Shown here one piece after another: positions 32,562 to 38,182 of a stretch of 38,182 nt of DNA. The stretch comes from a virus: positions 1-38,182 of the IMG/VR virus record IMGVR_UViG_3300038809_000011, one strand, 5' to 3'. The notes under the pieces were generated by a model. It was given only the letters and a program-made list of their open reading frames with translations, did no database searches and was not told where the DNA came from. A program made the translations under genes and the position numbers. Position 1 is the first letter of the stretch; the number at the start of each line of letters is the position of its first letter.

Positions 32562-33233
32562 GTGGAATTTAGAGCTGAAATAGTTGATTACAAGCAAAGC
32601 ACAGGAGAAATGACTATCAAGCTCTATGACCAACCAAACGTCAAAGACTTGGTAGCAAGTGAATACAAAGGTCGTTTGTGGGGCATCTTCGATACTTACG
32701 AGAAAGACACTATTACACCTGACCAACGTAGTCATTTCTATGCACTAATGGGCGACTATGAAACCTATACAGGCACGACATTAGAAGCAGCGGAAAGTTT
32801 TTTCAAATACGAATTCATGATTGAGAAGAATTTAGACCGCTTCCCAAGTTTAGCTAGAAATAACATGACGATGAAGCAAGCAAGCGAGTTACTTGAATAC
32901 GTGATTACTTACTTTATCCAAAATGATATTCCGTTTAGAAAACAACAATTCTACCTGACTATGGATCAATCAAAGATGTTATATGCACTAACGATGAAAC
33001 GTATCTGCTGGGTATGTGGTAAACCGCACGCTGACATTCATCACGCTACTAACTTAGTCGGGCAGGGGAATAATCGTAAGAAACACGACCATTGGAATTC
33101 AACGTTCATGGCGCTATGCCGAGAACATCATAATGAAGCGCACACAATGGGCTTAGACGAGTTTATGAAGAAACATCATGTGAAACCTATCAAGTTAAAT
33201 ATCGAAGATTTAAAACAGTTAAAAATTATGTAA
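32562..33233 (+). CDS. HNH/His-Me-finger nuclease-domain protein (DUF968-like) of the recombination module
   Basis: C-terminal pattern CWVCGKPHADIHHATNLVGQGNNRKKHDHWNSTFMALCREHHNEAH. Confidence 0.6.
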   Translation: MEFRAEIVDYKQSTGEMTIKLYDQPNVKDLVASEYKGRLWGIFDTYEKDTITPDQRSHFYALMGDYETYTGTTLEAAESFFKYEFMIEKNLDRFPSLARNNMTMKQASELLEYVITYFIQNDIPFRKQQFYLTMDQSKMLYALTMKRICWVCGKPHADIHHATNLVGQGNNRKKHDHWNSTFMALCREHHNEAHTMGLDEFMKKHHVKPIKLNIEDLKQLKIM

Positions 33234-33245
33234 GGGGAGAAAATT

Positions 33246-33446
33246 ATGCCACCAGAATTCCACGAAAAAGAGTATGTAGAAACATATCAAAAATTTGTCA
33301 AGAAATTAGAAAATGCAATGAATTCAGAAGAAATGTCTTTTGTAAATAGCTTTGAAGCTGGAATTGCAGAAGGTTATAAGCAAGCTTTAGGTGAAGTAAT
33401 TATGGAAATGAGCAAGACCGTTATCAGTTGGACTTATGGAGAGTAG
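33246..33446 (+). CDS. Hypothetical protein
   Basis: 66 aa. SD GGGGAGAAA upstream. Confidence 0.55.
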   Translation: MPPEFHEKEYVETYQKFVKKLENAMNSEEMSFVNSFEAGIAEGYKQALGEVIMEMSKTVISWTYGE

Positions 33447-33458
33447 AAGGTGGTTTGA

Positions 33459-34259
33459 ATGTGGAACAAGTTATTAATTGATGACTATCCAATTCAAGTG
33501 CTACCAAAACTAGCAAAGGAAGTCGGATTGAATGAAGCGATATTTCTACAACAACTTCATTATTGGATTAACGGTAAAGCGGGCAAGAAAATCGAAGGTA
33601 AGAATTGGGTATATAACACCTACAAAGATTGGGAAGACAATTTCCCGTTTTGGAGTAATGCAACAATTCGCAGAACGATTTCATCTTGTGAGAAACAAAA
33701 CCTTATTCTCGTAGGCAACTATAATCGAGCAGGTTTTGACAAAACAAAGTGGTATTCAGTCAATTATGACGAGATTACACGAGTGAGCAAACGAGTTGCT
33801 CAAAATGAGCAAACGAGTTGCTCAAAACGAGCAAATGGAGATGCTCAAAATGAGCAAACCAATACCATAGACTACACACAGACTACTTCAAAGACTACAA
33901 GTAATTCTAGTCAACAATCGCTAAAGCGATATGATGACGACTCACCTTATATTCACGCTTCAATTTATATGTTTGAACATGTAAAGAAATTGAATCCTGG
34001 TAATAAAGAACCAGACTTTCAAAAATGGGCTGACGATGTAAGAAAGACAATCGAATTAGATAAACGACCGATTGAAGAATATAAGAAACTTTTAGATTGG
34101 GCACATACTGATAAATTTTGGGAAGACAAGATATTGAGTCCAAAGAAATTTAGAGAGAAGTATGATCAGTTGCTTATCCAAATGAACAAGAGTAATCGAG
34201 TGGGCAAGCGTACTGAATATGACCCGAACGCAAAAATAGATGAGGAGTTGGGCTTTTAA
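33459..34259 (+). CDS. Replication initiator / replisome-organizer-like protein carrying the putative origin
   Basis: 266 aa. The N-terminal segment looks winged-helix-like (LPKLAKEVGLNEAIFLQQLHYWIN ... ATIRRTISSCEKQNLILV). Iterons lie inside the gene, and a helicase-loader gene follows. Confidence 0.6.
   Translation: MWNKLLIDDYPIQVLPKLAKEVGLNEAIFLQQLHYWINGKAGKKIEGKNWVYNTYKDWEDNFPFWSNATIRRTISSCEKQNLILVGNYNRAGFDKTKWYSVNYDEITRVSKRVAQNEQTSCSKRANGDAQNEQTNTIDYTQTTSKTTSNSSQQSLKRYDDDSPYIHASIYMFEHVKKLNPGNKEPDFQKWADDVRKTIELDKRPIEEYKKLLDWAHTDKFWEDKILSPKKFREKYDQLLIQMNKSNRVGKRTEYDPNAKIDEELGF
33785..33860. repeat. Iterons: 22-23-nt tandem repeats x3.4, each containing a GAGCAA-N5-TTGCTC palindrome (putative ori)
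   Basis: GAGCAAACGAGTTGCTCAAAAT (33785-33806), GAGCAAACGAGTTGCTCAAAAC (33807-33828), GAGCAAATGGAGATGCTCAAAAT (33829-33851), GAGCAAACC (33852-33860). Confidence 0.7.
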
Positions 34260-35051
34260 TTGGAATCTAAATGGCTGTATATCAAAAAAACAGATAAAAC
34301 GTGTCCGAATTGTGGCGAACCGTTATATTCTCACAAGCTGAATAAAGAAGCACTGACTTGCTTATCATGTGGCAGAAAACGACTTGAAGATAAGAATCGA
34401 GAAATCGAGTTACAAGGTGGCGAAATGGCGCTAAAACATGGCACGTATGACGTTTTCTACAAAGATAGCATTATTGACGACATCACCTTGCGAGAAGCTA
34501 CATTCGCAACGTATGAAGCGGTAGATGATGAAACGAACCGCAACAAACAAATAGCATTGCAATTAGCAGACGATTACCTGGAAGGGAAAGTGTTCAACTC
34601 AATTCTGCAAGGTAAGCAAGGTACAGGCAAAAGTCACTTAGCTATCTCAATGCTGAAACATATTAATGAGAATAGCAAACCTTATCAAAAATGTTTGTTC
34701 ATAGACTTTACATCAGTTATTTCGCAAGTGCGAGATTTTAAAGATGAATCTACTTTGAATGAAGGCCAGGCGATTAAACTCATGAGTGAAGCTGATTATC
34801 TAGTGATTGACGACATTGGTGCAGAAGGTATGACTATCGGAAATGGTGCGAAAGAATTCGTATATCGCATACTACAAGCAGTCATGCAGGCAAGGCAAGG
34901 AAAATCTACCATACTAACGACAAACCTTACCAGTGCCGATTTAAATGCGTTATATGGCAGTAAGTTAACTAGTCGCTTGTTGCGTGGAATCAAAGGGCAT
35001 GCAGTTATCTTCAAAGAAACATCTGACAAGCGTATGAATTATGAATTTTAG
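34260..35051 (+). CDS. DnaC/DnaI-like AAA+ helicase loader with N-terminal zinc ribbon
   Basis: CPNCGEPL ... CLSCG. Walker A GKQGTGKSH and Walker B LVIDDIG are present. Confidence 0.8.
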   Translation: MESKWLYIKKTDKTCPNCGEPLYSHKLNKEALTCLSCGRKRLEDKNREIELQGGEMALKHGTYDVFYKDSIIDDITLREATFATYEAVDDETNRNKQIALQLADDYLEGKVFNSILQGKQGTGKSHLAISMLKHINENSKPYQKCLFIDFTSVISQVRDFKDESTLNEGQAIKLMSEADYLVIDDIGAEGMTIGNGAKEFVYRILQAVMQARQGKSTILTTNLTSADLNALYGSKLTSRLLRGIKGHAVIFKETSDKRMNYEF

Positions 35052-35061
35052 GAGTGATGAA

Positions 35062-35277
35062 ATGAGTTTTGAATATTTTGAAGCAAGGACATTTGATCCA
35101 GGTGGAGTTGGGAAGTGGCAAGTGAACGACGGGTATAGCTGGACGCACTACTTTGAAACTGCAGGCGAAGCCGAAGCGTTTGCTAGAAAGATGAATGTTA
35201 ACACAATCGGACAGTTGAAAGAGAAAGACGGGCATTATATCCATAGCCCTGTGAGATTTCTAGAGGAGTGGGTGTAG
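35062..35277 (+). CDS. Hypothetical protein
   Basis: 71 aa. ATG after TAGGAGTGATGAA. The stop overlaps the rusA GTG (TAGTG). Confidence 0.55.
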   Translation: MSFEYFEARTFDPGGVGKWQVNDGYSWTHYFETAGEAEAFARKMNVNTIGQLKEKDGHYIHSPVRFLEEWV

Positions 35278-35705
35278 TGTTTCAAATAACATTAGATATT
35301 GAACCAGTGGCACAAGGTAGACCACGATTTTCTACAAAAGGTGGTAATAAAAGAGCCTATGACCCAGCAGGTAGCAGAAATTTTAAGAAAAAGCTTAGAC
35401 CATTAGCCGAGCAGGAAAAAACTTATTTTGCTGAACAATATGTACCAATTTCAGTTGATTTAAAATTCTATATTCCATTGCTCAAGAGCTTTAGTCAAAA
35501 GAAAAGAGAAGAAGCAGGACAAGGATTGCTTAGACCATTTAAAAAACCAGATATTGATAATTACATCAAAGGAACTTTGGACGGACTGAACGGTATATTT
35601 TGGCACGATGACGGCCAGATAGTTGAGCTGCATGCAAGCAAATTTTATAGCAAAACACCACGTATTGAAATGACAATCACAGAACTTAAACAGGAGGAAA
35701 AATAA
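35277..35705 (+). CDS. rusA: RusA-family Holliday junction resolvase
   Basis: PVAQGRPRFS ... KPDIDNYIKGTLDGLNGIFWHDDGQIVEL matches RusA. GTG at 35277 is preferred, 8 nt after GAGGAG. Confidence 0.85.
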   Translation: MFQITLDIEPVAQGRPRFSTKGGNKRAYDPAGSRNFKKKLRPLAEQEKTYFAEQYVPISVDLKFYIPLLKSFSQKKREEAGQGLLRPFKKPDIDNYIKGTLDGLNGIFWHDDGQIVELHASKFYSKTPRIEMTITELKQEEK

Positions 35706-36151
35706 TGATTAACAATGTAGTTTTAACAGGACGATTAACACGAGATGTAGATGTTCGATTTACACAATCAGGTACAGCAGTTGGTAGCTTTTCGTTAGCA
35801 GTTGAACGTAATTTCAAAAATGCACAGGGAGAACGAGAAACAGACTTCATTAACTGTGTAATTTGGAAAAAATCAGCAGAAAATTTAGCAAAATTTACAA
35901 GCAAAGGTTCACTAATTGGAGTTGAAGGAAACATTCAGACGCGTAATTATGAAAACCAACAAGGCCAACGAGTATATGTTACCGAAGTATTAGTAAATAA
36001 CTTTAGCCTACTAGAAAGCAAAAAGGATAGCGGTCAACAAACAAATAACTACTACCAACAAAAGCAATCTGATCCATTCGCTGGTAAGCAATCGTCATTC
36101 GGTATCAATGACAATACGCTAACAGTATCAGACGATGATATTCCATTTTAA
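35705..36151 (+). CDS. ssb: Single-stranded DNA-binding protein
   Basis: OB-fold N-terminus MINNVVLTGRLTRDVDVRFTQSGTAVGSFSLAV, a Gln-rich linker and the acidic tip DDDIPF. Confidence 0.9.
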   Translation: MINNVVLTGRLTRDVDVRFTQSGTAVGSFSLAVERNFKNAQGERETDFINCVIWKKSAENLAKFTSKGSLIGVEGNIQTRNYENQQGQRVYVTEVLVNNFSLLESKKDSGQQTNNYYQQKQSDPFAGKQSSFGINDNTLTVSDDDIPF

Positions 36152-36170
36152 CAGATAACTAGAACGCATG

Positions 36171-36270
36171 TTCGCCCTGCAGTAGAGTGCAGAAAAATCA
36201 TAGAGAAATGAGGTGAATGCACCTCCATTACACAAGTTGCATTCATTTCTGCATTCCATTGTGGGGCGAA
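36171..36270 (+). ncRNA. Candidate structured RNA element (three nested stems plus alternative pairings) between ssb and the next gene
   Basis: P1: TTCGCCCT (36171-36178) with GGGGCGAA (36263-36270). P2: GTGCAGAAA (36187-36195) with TTTCTGCAT (36246-36254). P3: AATGAGGTG (36207-36215) with CACCTCCATT (36220-36229). Alternatives: CTGCA/TGCAG (36177-36192) and TGAATGCA/TGCATTCA (36214-36221/36238-36245). Confidence 0.4.
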
Positions 36271-36296
36271 GATATATTTGGCGAGGAGAATGAATA

Positions 36297-36611
36297 ATGA
36301 TATTCACATCTTACATACTAAACGACGATTGGACGCACCAGGTAACTGCAGACAAAGGCGAAGTAATCGAACATGAGAAACGTGATTACACACACGCAGA
36401 AATTACAAGCATTGCTAAATCAGCAGTTAAGGTAGACCACAGGCAATACGGGTTTGACTTGCTATATACAGTTGATGGCCACAACTTAGAATTATTCGTT
36501 CGAAATTTTGATGGCGAAAAAGTCAATCATACAACTGCAGGTATGAAAAGTGTATTCGAGTGGATTGACTATCTATATGGCATGGCAGATGAGCAGACGA
36601 GTTTGTTTTAA
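36297..36611 (+). CDS. Hypothetical protein
   Basis: 104 aa. SD GAGGAGA upstream. Confidence 0.6.
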   Translation: MIFTSYILNDDWTHQVTADKGEVIEHEKRDYTHAEITSIAKSAVKVDHRQYGFDLLYTVDGHNLELFVRNFDGEKVNHTTAGMKSVFEWIDYLYGMADEQTSLF

Positions 36612-36621
36612 AGGAGATACT

Positions 36622-36777
36622 ATGGAAAACGAAAACCTAGTGACCGATGCACGATTCTTTCATGACAAAGGTTATTCGATTAAGCAGATAGCAAAGATGT
36701 TTGGGGTTAGTGAAGATTACGTTTCAGAAGTGGTTACTGATATTACCGAGAGATTGGAGAGTGTGAGTAATGAATGA
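36622..36777 (+). CDS. Small HTH protein
   Basis: ATG at 36622 after AAAGGAGA. YSIKQIAKMFGVSEDYVSEVV is HTH-like. The longer ORF-track start at 36550 overlaps the upstream gene. Confidence 0.55.
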   Translation: MENENLVTDARFFHDKGYSIKQIAKMFGVSEDYVSEVVTDITERLESVSNE

Positions 36778-36979
36778 CGAAATTATCTTAACAGGTGCAG
36801 ACTTAATCGCACAACTATTCGTGGACTGGGTAGAATTCGATGAGCGACAAACACCATTCGAACAATACGCACCAGAAATCAACACGATTGACCCGTTTAA
36901 GTTATATAGCTGTAATGCAGAACTAAGCGAAATATTTGAAGTTTGGGAAGGGGATTACTTATGGCCTACCTATTATTAG
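36770..36979 (+). CDS. Hypothetical acidic protein
   Basis: 69 aa. The start overlaps the upstream stop. Confidence 0.55.
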   Translation: MNDEIILTGADLIAQLFVDWVEFDERQTPFEQYAPEINTIDPFKLYSCNAELSEIFEVWEGDYLWPTYY

Positions 36980-37131
36980 CACCAGTCATCATAGTAGCTA
37001 TCGTGTTCTGGTTAGCACTCATTGATGGTGCGTTAAATATATATTATGAACGACAAGATTTGAAAGAAGTGAAGGATCGGATGAAGGAGCGTGAACGACA
37101 TGATAGCAAACGGACGAGTAGAAATCATTAG
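36961..37131 (+). CDS. Small membrane-anchored protein
   Basis: ATG at 36961. TM segment LLLAPVIIVAIVFWLALI followed by a basic tail. Confidence 0.5.
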   Translation: MAYLLLAPVIIVAIVFWLALIDGALNIYYERQDLKEVKDRMKERERHDSKRTSRNH

Positions 37132-37456
37132 AATGTTGCGATTGGAAAATCAAGATGTCCAGGCAGACAATGAGCAACTGAAACGTGAAATTGTGCTACT
37201 GAAACGTGAAGTACGCAATCTTACTGAACGGAATAATTACCTGGAAGGCAAACCTAATCATACTGAATATCTGATTGGCAAGTTGGAAAAGTTAACGCAC
37301 GAATTAACGCAAAATAATGACATTTTAAGCCAACTAAAGAAGGTGGCAAATAAAGGTATTCGAAACGCTACAATCGAGCTTAAACGAGAACCAATGGATA
37401 AATTAGAACGTGTGAAATTAGAAATCTATACAGAAATTTTAGGAGTGATGAAATGA
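37100..37456 (+). CDS. Coiled-coil protein
   Basis: Heptad-rich (LKREIVLLKREVRNLTERNNYLEG). ATG at 37100 lies 10 nt after AAGGAG. GTG at 37091 is too close to the SD. Confidence 0.55.
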   Translation: MIANGRVEIIRMLRLENQDVQADNEQLKREIVLLKREVRNLTERNNYLEGKPNHTEYLIGKLEKLTHELTQNNDILSQLKKVANKGIRNATIELKREPMDKLERVKLEIYTEILGVMK

Positions 37457-37716
37457 TAAACGAAATGTTAAAAATGAAAACGGAAGACAAAATCAATCAT
37501 CCTAATCACTATCAAGGTATTAATAATCTCGAAGTCCTGGAAGTACACGAAAACTTCCTACCAAAATACGACAAGTATGGTGCGTTGGTCGGTGCGTATA
37601 TCTTCAATGCAATTAAGTACATCTTAAGAGCACCTGACAAAAATGGTATCGAAGACTTAAAGAAAGCTAGATTTTATTTAGATGAAGTAATTAAACATTT
37701 GGAGGACAACCAATGA
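37453..37716 (+). CDS. DUF3310-like protein
   Basis: NHPNHYQG ... FNAIKYILRAPDKNGIEDLKKARFYLD matches the DUF3310 pattern. Confidence 0.65.
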   Translation: MINEMLKMKTEDKINHPNHYQGINNLEVLEVHENFLPKYDKYGALVGAYIFNAIKYILRAPDKNGIEDLKKARFYLDEVIKHLEDNQ

Positions 37717-37913
37717 TTACATTCAACGCACCAGGTTACGTTCCAACTAAGAAAGAACGTATCTAAAATAACAGAACTATTTTAGAAAATAAGTTAGAAC
37801 GCGTTTTAGAATTACATGCTGCAGGATATTATACGAGTGATCGTGCAATACGTGAACTGAAAACTGCACATGCTAATTTTAAAACGAATCGCACTAGAAT
37901 TTATGGGGAGTAG
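37713..37913 (+). pseudogene. 66-codon reading frame interrupted by an in-frame TAA at 37764-37766
   Basis: ATG (an ATGA overlap with the upstream stop) gives MITFNAPGYVPTKKERI, then TAA. The same frame stays open for 49 codons (NNRTILENKLERVLELHAAGYYTSDRAIRELKTAHANFKTNRTRIYGE) with no ATG, GTG or TTG in frame. Confidence 0.5.
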
Positions 37914-37916
37914 AAA

Positions 37917-38182
37917 ATGAAGAAGAAAATTATCGTAACTTTACAATCGCTGGTAGTCGTTTATCTAATTACTAACATGATTATTAATAACTTAAATCAA
38001 TTTGATTTACTGTCAACTGCAATGGGTTTGCTTGGGCTATTTGGGAATATCCTTTTAACGCATAAGAAAGAAAGTACGTTTGCATTAAACATGACAAATA
38101 ACGTATTAGGCTTCATCTTAAGTTTTCAAAACCGATTCTTTGCAGAAGTACTAATGAACGCATATTACTTCATCACACAGGC
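37917..38182 (+). CDS. pnuC: PnuC-like transporter, N-terminal part (continues at nt 56 through the overlap)
   Basis: ATG 6 nt after GGGGAG. Hydrophobic N-terminus MKKKIIVTLQSLVVVYLITNMII ... There is no stop before the window end, and it is in frame with 3-413. Confidence 0.65.
   Translation, partial: MKKKIIVTLQSLVVVYLITNMIINNLNQFDLLSTAMGLLGLFGNILLTHKKESTFALNMTNNVLGFILSFQNRFFAEVLMNAYYFITQ
38128..38182. repeat. Terminal overlap copy 2 (identical to 1-55)
   Basis: Same 55-mer as nt 1-55. It lies inside an open reading frame, which suggests an assembly or circularisation overlap rather than physical ends. Confidence 0.95.

Larger units (their letters stand above)
1..38182. mobile_element. Complete temperate siphovirus (prophage-type) genome, circularly permuted in this window
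   Basis: Full set of modules read from ORF translations: packaging, HK97-type head, long non-contractile tail, lysis, attP/integrase, CI/Cro switch, replication/recombination and a late regulator. The exact 55-nt overlap of the window ends closes the circle. Confidence 0.9.

Noticed and set aside
33785-33860. Tandem repeats (also 25810-25840) as a possible CRISPR array
   Set aside because: The repeats are contiguous with no spacers, number only about three, and there are no cas genes. They fit iterons and attP-adjacent repeats instead.

Overview
The window is a complete, circularly closed temperate siphovirus genome from a low-GC Gram-positive (Bacilli-type) host. Nt 1-55 recur exactly at 38128-38182, so the unique length is 38,127 nt. 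The junction falls inside a PnuC-like gene. Gene order read from the ORF translations is as follows. (1) PnuC-like transporter, NrdH-like redoxin and an ArpU-type late regulator. (2) A 304-nt structured leader, an HTH-metallophosphoesterase, HNH endonuclease, P27-type TerS and TerL, which together indicate cos-type packaging. (3) HK97-type head genes: portal, ClpP-like protease, capsid and connectors. (4) Tail genes: major tail protein, G/GT chaperone with a -1 frameshift, tape measure with a transglycosylase domain, Dit, and a 1810-aa Tal/receptor-binding protein. (5) Holin and an amidase-LysM-3xCW_7 endolysin. (6) An AT-rich moron cassette, then attP. (7) On the minus strand: integrase, two membrane proteins, an ImmA-like protein and CI. 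(8) On the plus strand: Cro, antirepressor, Sak-type recombinase, HNH-like protein, origin-bearing replication initiator, DnaC-like loader, RusA, SSB and small early genes. I saw no rRNA, tRNA or CRISPR. The strongest novelty candidate is the cassette at about 23.9-25.7 kb. It lies between two diverged copies of a ~135-nt terminator-containing repeat and has markedly lower G+C. It encodes a 458-aa protein with a HEPN-like R-x4-H motif plus a 19-codon micro-ORF. This is the classic position for a prophage-borne anti-phage (abortive infection) gene. Other points worth follow-up:
- an HTH-metallophosphoesterase as the first late gene
- a ~100-nt nested-stem intergenic RNA candidate downstream of ssb
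- a plus-strand small-RNA/terminator unit antisense to the int leader
- a three-operator switch
- iterons inside the rep gene
- an in-frame TAA splitting a 66-codon ORF
- an in-frame 750-nt module duplication in the receptor-binding protein
All functional calls rest on motif recognition by eye. No database search was possible.
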